In this document: piece by piece, positions 23,151 through 33,988 of the stretch
Layout of the letters: the number at the start of each line of letters is the position of its first letter
How positions within the stretch are numbered: position 1 is the stretch's first letter
Assembly: GCA_050575255.1 (NCBI GenBank)
Contig: JBNZDD010013650.1
Location: 3,132,073-3,196,072, forward strand
Direction: 5' to 3'
Source: Harriotta raleighana
Lineage: Eukaryota
DNA length: 64,000 nucleotides
Notes under the pieces: model-generated
Database searches by the model: none
What the model saw: the letters and a program-made list of their open reading frames with translations, nothing else
What the model was told of the DNA's origin: nothing
Position numbers and translations under genes: made by a program

Positions 23151-25689
23151 AATTAGACTCTATCACATGCTGATCACTAAATATAGAAATCTTTTCATTA
23201 CGTGTTTGTAATGGGATTGCTATATTTAGCAATCAGTGTGTAACAGGTCCATTGTCAATGCTACTCAAATAATCCACAAGATAAATTAAATGAAAAATGT
23301 CACACTTGTATAGTTTGGAGGTGGGGTTAATATAAATTGTTGTGATGAAGGAGAACAAGCCTTACTATGCATCTAATTTTGCCAATGGTTGATACTGAGA
23401 GTGCATAATTCAGAGACATAAGGGTGGACAGGAGAGGTGAAACTCCACCTCTCATCAAAGTTAACAGCAAAAATACACTGCTTTGAAACATCTAGAAGAC
23501 ATGAGAAGTGCTTGATCAAATGCAAGGATTATTAATATTATTGTTGTTATTGTTAATGCTCGGCAAAAACATGCTGAAGGTTTGACTTTGGCACTAAAAT
23601 TTGTCAACATTTTATGTACTTTATTCTTCCATGCTATTTCATGCAGCTATTAAATTTTAATAGCCTAGTCATAAAACCTATTCATTTCACGTTGAAACTG
23701 CCTGGAAAAGTTACTAATTGGCTTTTCAGTTAAAATTCCATTGGTGCTAAACTTAGTGTTGCTAAACTGGCTAATTTCATGATTTCTTGGCCAGATGTAA
23801 AAACAGAATCAGGAGGTCCAACCTCAAAGATAAATGCTAGAGCAACACTGAGGGTAACTTCACTTCATTATCATTCAAATATTTCTACTTAGCTGGTTGC
23901 TTCAATATTTCTGTACTTGTTGGCTTTTGAAGGAACTCACGGACATTAGAAGACTAGATGGCTATGGAGGAAGATGAGCAGCAGCAGTGACTCAGGCCCC
24001 ACACAGACAGGAGAGAAAAAAAACTGTTTAGAACATGCCTGCAGTTCCACTTAGAAAAAGGTTGGTCCATCACATCACTTTGCCAGCCACATAAACATCG
24101 TATATAGGTAGGACTTGTTATAGAGATATTTGCGGTAGAAACAAAAACGTAGAAAATATGAAAAATATGACAAGAGTCAGATGGTTAACATTTTTATATA
24201 AAAGTGAGCAAAAATAAAACCATATATAAATATTTACAACCCTAGCAATGTGCCTGCCCTCTGGAGTATCTCTATTTCTTCCTAACTCCCAACTAGAGGC
24301 TGCTCCAGGTTTGCTCACTTGTCTGACTCTGTTGCATCCAAAATCTATGGGAGAGAAATGGAGGGACCACAATGATTACACCCTCCCCACTCCCTAACTC
24401 CACCAACACCACCAGGCTAGAGGGGGTAGGAGGAATGTGCGGAGGGCAATAGTCTTGAACTATTTTGCAGAAACTATAATGTACTTAAAGTTGCTGTGCG
24501 AACAATATCATCTGCCGTATGCAGTTTGGCCCAGTAGGTTATCCCTTGATAAATAAATGAATGATTAGAAGTAGTGATACATCTATGGCACATCATGGTC
24601 GGGAGCAAATGATTGCCCAAAGAGCACAGTAACATGTGGTTTGCTGAAGTTATATGCCATAACTTCATCTGACGCTCTACACCTACCCAATCTGTAATCC
24701 CAATTGCTCCTCTCCAAGGTTCTGAGGCTACCTGTTCACTTGCATCCGTTTCTTTACTTTAAGGAACGACTCGCAGCTTCTCTGCAGCAGTAGCTTAGTT
24801 CTGGACTGGGTTCTGCTGCACTTCTAATTTTATCGTTGAATCCTGGAGACGGGCCACGCTAATTTTAGATCTGAATGTCTTTAAATAATTTAAAGAAAAC
24901 ATTCCTTAAGTTGCTCAAATACCTGCGAAAACACATATTTTGGAATTTCAGTGAGCTGCCCCCACACTGTGGTCACTCTGCTCTTTTCAAATGCTCAGCT
25001 TGCCAGGGCCTAAAAGAATCTACACAGAACTGGCCCCGTTCTGACCATTATTTGGCACACGCACCTCTCACAAACCAGGAGCGTGCCAGCAATGCCATAG
25101 TAAAGTCCAGTTAGAGTCAAATGAATGGTCTATAGAAGTGCCATTTCAACTCGTTCTTTGAATGATGCCTTAAATGAAACAGGCAAGCATTTCAACTCAG
25201 ACAAATAGTGTTCCAAGAGCTTATGTTAGGGAAAGAAAAGCCTCAGGCCTTCTCCCCAAAGAGAATATTAGAAGTAAATTGGGATTAAGTGCTGCAGTGC
25301 ATTCAGGGCTATTCAAATAGCTTGTTATTCTAGACATTAAAACTGGAGTGGGTGAGGATTGACCATGCTGACCCCCAATTTACATGAAATAACCAATTGA
25401 GCAGCAAGCTAGCCCCAGCATGTGCTTTGGCAAAGCTATCTGGGCTACAAGCAACAAGAACAACAACTTGCATTTATATACCCCTTCACATGGGGTGTTG
25501 TCACAGAGCATTTGATAGACATGACATGGTAACCAATCGGGAACTTGAAATTTTACCAGTGTAAAATCCCAACTCCTTGCTACCATCTTGGTTCAATTGG
25601 GTCAGAAAGGTAACCTTCATCTCCACTTCAGGGCTTAAGCTCCTCGTCCAAATTGCAGGTACTAGAATGCCACTGCCCATATACTCACT

Positions 25690-26130
25690 GTACTCTAAAC
25701 TCCATACCCCCATCACACCATACTCATCACACTGGCTCCCCATCCCAGAATGGATCAACTTCAAGATCCTCACATGCTTCTACAAATACCTTTATCTGCA
25801 CCTCCCTACCTCTTCTCCCTGCTTACTTACCACTCCGCCATCCGCCATCCTCACTTGGCTGGCTCCAGCCTTCTTTTGTCCCTTGTCCATTTTGCTCCAC
25901 CATCAGTAATTGTGCTTTCAGACACTATGGCTCAAACCTTTGAAACTCTCTCTCACTCCCTCCAATTTACCCCCTCTTTCCCCATTTTTGGATCACCCCT
26001 GAAAATCTTCTTCTTTGACCATTCATCCACAAGATGCAGTCACTCCACTTTACAATATATTCTGTGAAGCAGTTTGGGACATGCTCCTGACGTGAAAAGC
26101 GCTACACTAAATGCAAGGATTATTATTATT
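25690..26130 (+). mobile_element. L2 3' fragment followed by a SINE-type 3' end
   Basis: Translation HTPITP...HWLPIPEWINFKIL is an L2 motif. It continues into CACTTTACAATATATTCTGTGAAG...GCAAGG(ATT)n. Confidence 0.8.
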
Positions 26131-26315
26131 AATATCTTACAATTATAAAAGTTGTGTGTTCTACACACCATGCCCAATTCTATCTTTAGGTACATTGTGT
26201 GTCTGATAGTGATCAAGAGCCAAAACGTTGCCTAATTCCCCCCTTTAATCCTGAACAATTAAGATCTATAACATAGATGATTTCTATCATTAGTAAGAAT
26301 GGCTTTATATATTTA

Positions 26316-27260
26316 CATTAGGACCCACTGCTGTGATCACATCCATTCTTTTCCTTTTGATAACATTAACCAGCTGATAACATTAACCGAAACCAAGAAA
26401 AAAAAAGTGGACTTTTAATAATGAAAAGCATTTCATCTACAGGAGAAGTTATCTAACGTCATTTGGGTACTAGTAGAGTAAAGAAGGCCCTGATTTCTGC
26501 TCTGTACTGCGTAGATTATTTTATAATCATCTGTATTTCCACCATGTTGCTCCAGAGTTCTTCTGAGGATGTCTAGAGCCATAAGCGTGTCATAGGCTGA
26601 TGGAGGCATTTCCTGGACCTCATCGCACTGCTTCAGTAAAGTCACTTCTTCATGGAATCTTAAATCCTTGATCTGATGCTATGCTATGGTGTTGAACAGG
26701 GGTGTGGGGAGATTTAAACCTCACAAAGCAAATTAAATAAAATTTCCTTTGTCCTCTGGATGTAATTACCCCTTAGCATTTAAACCAGGCACCAAGTACA
26801 GTGGGTTTATATCAGTCAGGGGTGAGCAATCTTCTTCGGTCTGTGGACCACGTGTCTACTGTGACCAATCGATAGTTTACATGGCGCAAATCATGGCGCG
26901 CATTGCGGCCCGTGCGGCCCGTTTGCACCATAACAAGGCCATGGGTGGAAATGCCACTTGAGAAGACATTTGACCTGGGAAAAATAATCGTGTGTCCTAG
27001 CTAGTGCCCTCGGGTAGTTAAAAGCTGAAACACGAAACGGTCAAAACGTCATTCATGGTAAAATCTCACCCAGCCATCTCCGGCTCAGGATAAGAGATTT
27101 AAACATAAAGAAAGGGTGGGTTTTAATGTGATAGCATTAACCGGTGGACTAATAAAAAATTCCGGTAATTTTTGTTGATATAAAAATGGGATTTGGTATT
27201 TTGATAACATTAACCAGTTGATAACATTAACTAGTGATCACATTAAAGCCCTGTCTACTG
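26316..27260 (-). mobile_element. pogo/Tigger-type deletion derivative retaining the transposase C-terminus
   Basis: Right end TGATCACATTAAAGCCCTGTCTACTG followed by TA, and a degenerate left end TA-CATTAGG...TGTGATCAC. Tandem TGATAACATTAAC subterminal motifs occur at both ends. Minus ORF 26433-26645 ends ALDILRRTLEQ...QMTLDNF, like pogo/TIGD C-termini. Confidence 0.75.
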
Positions 27261-30200
27261 TATACTGTCCCTTACCTCTGGAATCTTGTCTTTACGTTTA
27301 GCCCAGCCTGAAAGAATGGAAGTTTTTTTTACTGTTGGCTTGTGTGTTAAATCCAGTTAGTAGAATCTCTACCCATTAGTTCCAAGTGCATGTCAGTTTA
27401 CAGAAGAATACTGCCCTTGATGGGACACTAAACTCTCATCTTACTTGATAGAGACAACACTCAACAGTTTTCTGAGACTGAACCCCAGGTACACTGTCAA
27501 AGCTTTACCTAACCATCTAGCCATCTAACCATCTTGTGCTTAACCTAAGAATGCCTGGTCGGAGACGGTTGAGAGAGAGCCTTGCTATCCCCTCTTGGGG
27601 CATCCTGACCCTTATCCTGTTCATCAAATCAAAGAGCAAGGAGGAGACAACCACAAGATTCTCTCCATTCCCAGCCATCAGCTAGCACCATTGTAACAGT
27701 ACAATACCACTTCTACTCCCAGCATCAGTGACTAAAGATGTCCAACAATGCCAAGATAACCTGGGTGCTCTAACTGTTATTATAAAGCCCTCTAATGACA
27801 TTGCTCTCAATTCAATAGAGATCTGTAACCGTGAATGATTCATATATGTATGGAATTGTTACAAAAAAAAGTACAAGATATTTTCCAAATTGTACATTCA
27901 GAAAGTGCTGCACAAATTGCTGGGGTGAAAGTCCTTTGTATTTTCCGTCTCCTTGTGAGGGTCATTAATGTGCCAGATTGAGAAGAGAGCCTCTGCACAA
28001 TCACAAGCACATATTCATTTTATGACATCAGCTTGTAGGAATTGCCTTTCAATTAGCAACCCCAAAGTAATTGTTTTTAGCTTTACAAGCGCTGCAATAT
28101 TCTGTTACGCTCCTAGTTCTCATTTCGATGGTATTTCAATGCTTCTTGAGTCACTCTGATCTCCTAATCCCATGTGATGTTCTGGTTTTCTCAGGCTTAT
28201 CATCTGTGACAAGCTTTTGGAAAAAAGTCACATTGAGTCTTCAAGCAGGAACAGCACCACTTGTGTCCAGTATTAAGGGAATGTTATGGGAATATTCCAC
28301 ATGGAAATTCCTCCTGCCTTTCTCTCCTTCACTACTGGAGGCCCTGACTCATGCTGCGATATGGTTCTATAGGCACCAGCTGCGTTCTGATACCTCATCC
28401 AAGTGGCCACTCTTCATGTGCGGGCTCCCATCCTAATCCCAATTCCCTGCTCTTTTCCCATCCCCTGTAATCCCTTTCCTCTTCATGTGCCATCTAAATG
28501 CCCCCTCCCTCCATTTGATTATGCTCCAACAATTATTTCATTTAACACTCCACAACTCACTGAGAGAGAAAGATTCTTCCTATCTTCCTCCATTCACACT
28601 CCCATTTAGAATCTGAAATTCATGCCCTCTCGTCCTCAAAGACGGAAACTAACAATCTTCCAGATAAAATCATGTCTTTTGTGGGATAATTAATTATCCC
28701 CCTTCCTTCCCTCACACAGGGCACTAATTGTGGTGTACCTATCCTAATTGTAACATACCTGTCCTGCTGTTTCTCTCCCTCTCTAAAGCTCTCCAGAGCA
28801 GGTTTACTCCTTTCATTTTATTAGTATTAATAATAAAAATGTTCTCGAATTGAACCATCACATCTTAAAGCGCTTCACATAAATTATCTTGAAGTGTAGT
28901 GACTGCTATTGTGAGTTGACTGAAGTCAGAGGTGACCTGGAACAGTGGTAGTGATTAGTGATCAGGAGTGGGATACCTGGCTGGGATTCTCTCATTCCAG
29001 ATAAATTGAAGTCCGTTGCAGCATCTCCATCAAATTCCAGGTTTGGATTAACAGATACAGCACAGATTTGGGATCAAACCTGGGATATTACTGGACTCGA
29101 TCGAGTGGAAGGAACCTTTTTTCCTCTCTGCCAACGCTAGTGGTTAGCTCATACTCCCCTAGAATTACAAAGACAGCACAGCAACACACTGCACCACCCA
29201 GCACCGAGTTAACACCAGAAGGTCTCAAACATCTTTTTTTTTAGAAATCTGTTTAATTAGCAAATTCATTAAAGCGGTTGTCACATAATGTCAAATAATA
29301 CTGTAGTCAGGTGTCAGTTGTGTGGAGACAACATAAAAAATTTTCACAGTCCAGTAGCTGCAGACCATATTCACATGACGTCACCCCCTCTCTATGAGAC
29401 TGCCGAGTGCCAGCAAGAGCACAACAGAAGAGGCTGTCAATTAGAGGAAAGGGCTATCTGAGAAAGGAAAGGAGGGATATTGTCTGCATGCAAGATTTTT
29501 TTTCTTAATCTGCAAAGGAAAAAGTGACCCAATTGAAAAGCTAGAGAAAGTCATTACACAAGCCATTTAGTCACAGTTGGGGATGGTGGTTGGTGGGGAG
29601 GAGAGTGGTGGGGTGGAGGGAGAGGTTTCTACAGTAATTCAATGCTTAATGCTGACAATAAACTCCCCCAAAATATCTGACCTCCACAGCTTATGCTTTG
29701 TGCTTTTGTAGTGTTTTGTTGAACGTAAGACATGACACCATGATAGGCTATTGGGTTCAAGTCTGCTTCTTCCGCAGTCCATGCAAAATCTACTGTCGCA
29801 AATCACACCACCACCCACACCTGGAGGAAACTTCTGCTCAGAGACTCTTGGAATCCACAGGGTAAAATCATCCCAATAGTCATCCTTTGTTTTGTCTTCC
29901 TTATTTATCCCTGGCTTCTTTTCTTATACGGTTATTACGTTTTTGGAGGCAGACGGATACAGACAAACAGACAGACATTTTGTCTTCAGATGAAGCCAGC
30001 GCTCTGTCTTAACTCATTTTGTGTGAAAGTTTGCGACCTCTCTGATGTGATCAGTTGCTTTAACAAGTGTATTTATTATTATCAGTAATACTAATAATAA
30101 TCATCAGTACATCAGCGCTTGCTATTGGATTAGGATACCATTTTAATGCTGAAAGAAGTGGTCAAATATTTCAGGCAGATTGGCTAAAACAGATCAGAAG

Positions 30201-30554
30201 TATAATTATGGTGTTAGCAATAATGGAAAGGTATAGGATGATGATTCTTTCAATGAAAAAATTATTTAAAACAAGTTTGAAATATGGCCACTCCCAATGG
30301 TTCAGTTGGTAAACACATTCCGCAATGCATATCTGATCCACACCTAGGAAACTCCCCGAATAATCCTCAGTCTTGTAAGTAAATGCGCAAGAAAGGTCTC
30401 CAATGTTCTTGGATTAGGGATGGGGGTGTGGACGGGGGGGACAGGGAAAAAGCAACCCAGGTTGTTTATTTCACACAGAAGTGACCTTGTGTTGGAAGTG
30501 TGATTGTGTATGTTGAGTTCAGCAGCAAGCAATCTCCACTACACCAGGCTTTGA

Positions 30555-30805
30555 ACACCAACCCCACTTCCTTTCCAGGCTTCACTGGCTCCCAGGACCT
30601 CAGTGGATTGATTTTAAGATCCTTGCCCTAACTTTCAAATCCCTTTGTTTACGCTCTCTGCCTTCAAAAACTTCTTAAAAATGTATTTCTTTGACTGTGC
30701 CTCAGTTTCCCCCTCCTCTCCTCTTTGCTTGGTGAACCCCATTACATTTGTGCAACGCTTCAAAAAAGTACATTGTACATGAAAGGCCTGTGTAAATCAT
30801 TGTTG
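30555..30805 (+). mobile_element. L2 3' fragment, degenerate
   Basis: CTTCACTGGCTCCCAGGACCTCAGTGGATTGATTTTAAGATCCTTGCCCTAACTTTCAAATCC translates to LHWLPGPQWIDFKILALTFKS. Confidence 0.7.
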
Positions 30806-31753
30806 TCACAGTGCCATGTAAATTGGAAGCTTAAGGAGAAAAGAAAGTGCTTTGGATTTCTGGTGCAATAAATGCCCCAATGTGTCCCCTCTTTGATCAT
30901 TCCTTCGAGTCATTTTTCCACTCCCCACCCCCTTCACCTCCCACTCGCAGCTCAGGTTCCCAGCCAGAAGGGTCAAGCACTTTGACATGTCCCCCAGTCC
31001 CATGTGAAAGGTGCTATCCAAATGTAAACTCTATTGTGTTGTATGGTAAAACACTCCCATCATGTCATCTGCTGTACTGTTGCTGATGGGCTTGTAGACA
31101 CTAATGCGTCATGTGAGCTACCTGGAGGGACTGGGCAATTGCTGAATCCTCTTGTGTCACAACTGCAGTCCGAATCACAGAGCGTATAATAAGGCTGCAG
31201 GTGCTGGCAGCTCTCACTCCAATACCTATTTTTCACTTGTGAGCTCAGACGGTTGCAAGGTTCAGTCACCAAGAGTTAACAAAACAGAATAGAGAGGGGG
31301 AGAGAGAGAGCGAGACAGAGCAGCATACGTATGCAGTTGGTGGAGACAGGAAACATCTGATTAGCACCCACATCACCTGTGTGTCTCAAAGATAACATGA
31401 TAAAGTTATACCAGGAACATTCATTCATTCAAAGGCCTATCTTTTTGATTTTATTCCTCACTCCCCCTGAAAAAGTGGCGTATAATTAGCTCTCACTTCA
31501 ATATCTATTTTTCAAGCGTGAGCTCAGAAAGTCGCAAGGCTTCTTGACCTGGAGAGTCACACAAAATCAAGCCCTCCACACTTACAAGCAGGATTTGCTT
31601 GAGAGAAGTTGGAAATAGGAAAATCCTTCCATACCTCAGTGGCGCCAAGGCCAATTTTGATCCTCCCTAGACTACAACATTGGATAGGTGAATCAAATGC
31701 CATTTTTTAATCAGGCTTCTGTGTTTATGATTTGAAAATATCTGGAAAACATT

Positions 31754-32061
31754 TAATAATAATAATCCTTTAATTTGGTGTAGCGCCTTATCATGTCTTC
31801 TACACGTCTCAAAGTGCTTCACAAAATATACTGTAAAGTGAATGAATTGACTATATATTTGGGAGAAATGCGGCAGTCAATTCCACACAGCAGTGTCCCA
31901 GAAACAGTTGTGGATTGTAAAGACCAATTTTTTTTTCTTGAGTGATTATCTCAGGCGTGTATGAGTAAGGAAACTTACCCAAGGTTTCGCGCTGGCCGGA
32001 AATCGAACCCAGGTCTCTCACTTGTAAAGCGAGTGCTCTAACCACTGAGCTACAGAACTCC
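31754..32061 (-). mobile_element. Near full-length tRNA-derived SINE, short variant
   Basis: Reverse complement starts GGAGTTCTGTAGCTCAGTGGTTAGAGC (Pol III A box), then GGTTCGATTTCC (B box), Deu-like body, L2-like stem-loop and (ATT)n tail. Confidence 0.92.
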
Positions 32062-32728
32062 ACTTATTTATTCATGAAGATGAAGCTAGTGCCCCTTTAA
32101 GACAGATATTGCCCTTAAAGACCATTCTTTCACTTTGTCTGTATTTTTTCTTTTAACATCCATTAATTTGCATGTAAAACTTTTGCAATGTATTTTTTCA
32201 AATGAATGCGAAAAATTATTAAGATTTGGGTGTGTTTTTTTATTAAAGCCAGATGTGCAAAAAAATAAATTAAAATGTTAACAACCTAAGAGTGTAAAAT
32301 ATTTTCTAAAATTGATTATACGCTTGTTAGATCCAGGATTATGGATGGTTGGGAGTGAGTAATTTGGCTGTAATATACTCTAGAGTTTTAGATGACATCA
32401 TAAGCCATGGGAGAAGCAATGAAGTCGTTTATATCTGTCAACTGGGTCTCGGGATTAAATCAGAGCTGTATTACTCACTCTTCACCATCCAGGATTGTTT
32501 TGTTACATGTAATATACGCTAAGGCCTGAATAAAATGAGAACCGGCTGAGGACAGGTGAAAGCTGAGCTGCAATTGCATGGGCTGACGGTTGTGTGAAGT
32601 CATTCTCATGTGATTCACTGGAACCTGGACATGGTATTTCAGTTTCAAATCAAAGCTCGATGCAAATGAAAATCCTGCTTAGTGTTGCCGAACAATAAAG
32701 TCATCTTTTCGAGCCACCAGCCCTAATC

Positions 32729-32880
32729 TGCAAATACCTCTTTGTCACTGGTTCCGGTGTGCAAATGCCCCTTTATTACAGATTCCAGTGTGGAAATGCC
32801 GCTGTCTCACTGGTCCGAGTGTGCAAATGCTTCCTTTGTCATGTTGAAGTGTGCAAATGCCACTGTGTCACTCATCCATA
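32729..32880. repeat. Degenerate minisatellite, five units of 30-31 bp
   Basis: Units start TG(C/G)AAAT(A/G)C at 32729, 32760, 32791, 32822 and 32852. Confidence 0.8.
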
Positions 32881-33579
32881 CATGAACAGTTGTCTTGCAA
32901 TTTGTCTTTGTCCCAGTGAATGGTTGTTCTTTTTGAACAAAGTTCATGATCTCTGCCACTGGTACGTAGTATCTGAAGCAGCATCATTGGGCTGTGTGTT
33001 AAGTTCAGAGAGGGGATGAAATCTTTTGGCCTCTCTGTCACAACAGATTAAAAGACCGTTCTTTCACTTGTGGGACCTGGGTTTTAAATTATGTTTTGAT
33101 GGTCAGTCACAGGGGTTGAAAGATTTCTCTCTTCTAATATACTGTAGTTCAGAGTGTCATGCTCCATTTACACTACGGAAAAGATGTGATATCAGTTTCA
33201 GCTTGAGATAGTCCAGATTTATACTGCCCACTGGCACAAACACTGCTTCAGTAATCCAGCTTTCCGATACGTAACGGAAGCATGTAAGCACATGGACTCA
33301 TTGATACTCACAATATTTGCAAATACATTTAACCCAAGACGATGATTCAAGCTGTAAATTTTTAATTTATAACATGTTTTGAGATAAAGTGGAAGAATGA
33401 AAAGCAGATTCCATATTTATTCTCATCACTAAGGTTTAAACCAACTTTTAAAGAGTGAGTCCCGTTTGGTCTGAAATCATTTTCACTGAACTGATGCTAA
33501 AAGTACAGGATAATTAGGGTGTTAGCAGTGTGACCTTTGGTTTTGGGTTGAACCTAGTCCATACAAATGTCAAGTTTAA

Positions 33580-33988
33580 TGGTTAGAGCACTCGCCTCGC
33601 AAGCGAGAGGACCGGGGTTCGATTCCCGGGCAGAGCAAGATGTTGGGCAAATTTCCTTTCTCTACACACCCGTTTCAGCACCTTGGGATATCTTCCTGAC
33701 ATGAAAGGTGCTCTATAAATGTAATTTTGTTGTTGTTGTTTACCTAGCAGTAAATAGTAACTGGTTGTTACTCTGGCAGATCACTTTTCCAGGGGGTAAT
33801 AATCCCTTTAAAAAAATAATTTATTCACTCAATCCATGACTGTTTGTGTGACAGTGATATATGCAATTGGATGTCATGATTTGTCCACAAAATATACAGG
33901 CATTTCACTTTATGGTATATTCTGTGAAGCGCTTTGAGACATCTCGATAACGTGAAAAGCGTTGTCGAATGAAAGGTTATTATTATTC
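33580..33988 (+). mobile_element. tRNA-derived SINE, long variant, with a nested L2 tail
   Basis: TGGTTAGAGCACTCG...GGTTCGATTCCC head, an L2 tail with (GTT)n at about 33676-33737, then the SINE body resumes at GTTTACCTAGCAG. Confidence 0.88.

Noticed and set aside
24474-24668. ORF containing LHTADD, reminiscent of the RT YADD motif
   Set aside because: There are no supporting RT motifs nearby, so it is too weak to call.
31985-32061. tRNA-like sequence with A and B boxes (also at 33580, 37400, 40665 and 51430)
   Set aside because: These are SINE heads continuous with the SINE body and lack a complete cloverleaf or acceptor stem.
32729-32880. CRISPR-like repeat-spacer appearance
   Set aside because: Eukaryotic context, a core of only about 12 bp, spacers homologous to each other and no cas genes. 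It is a minisatellite.
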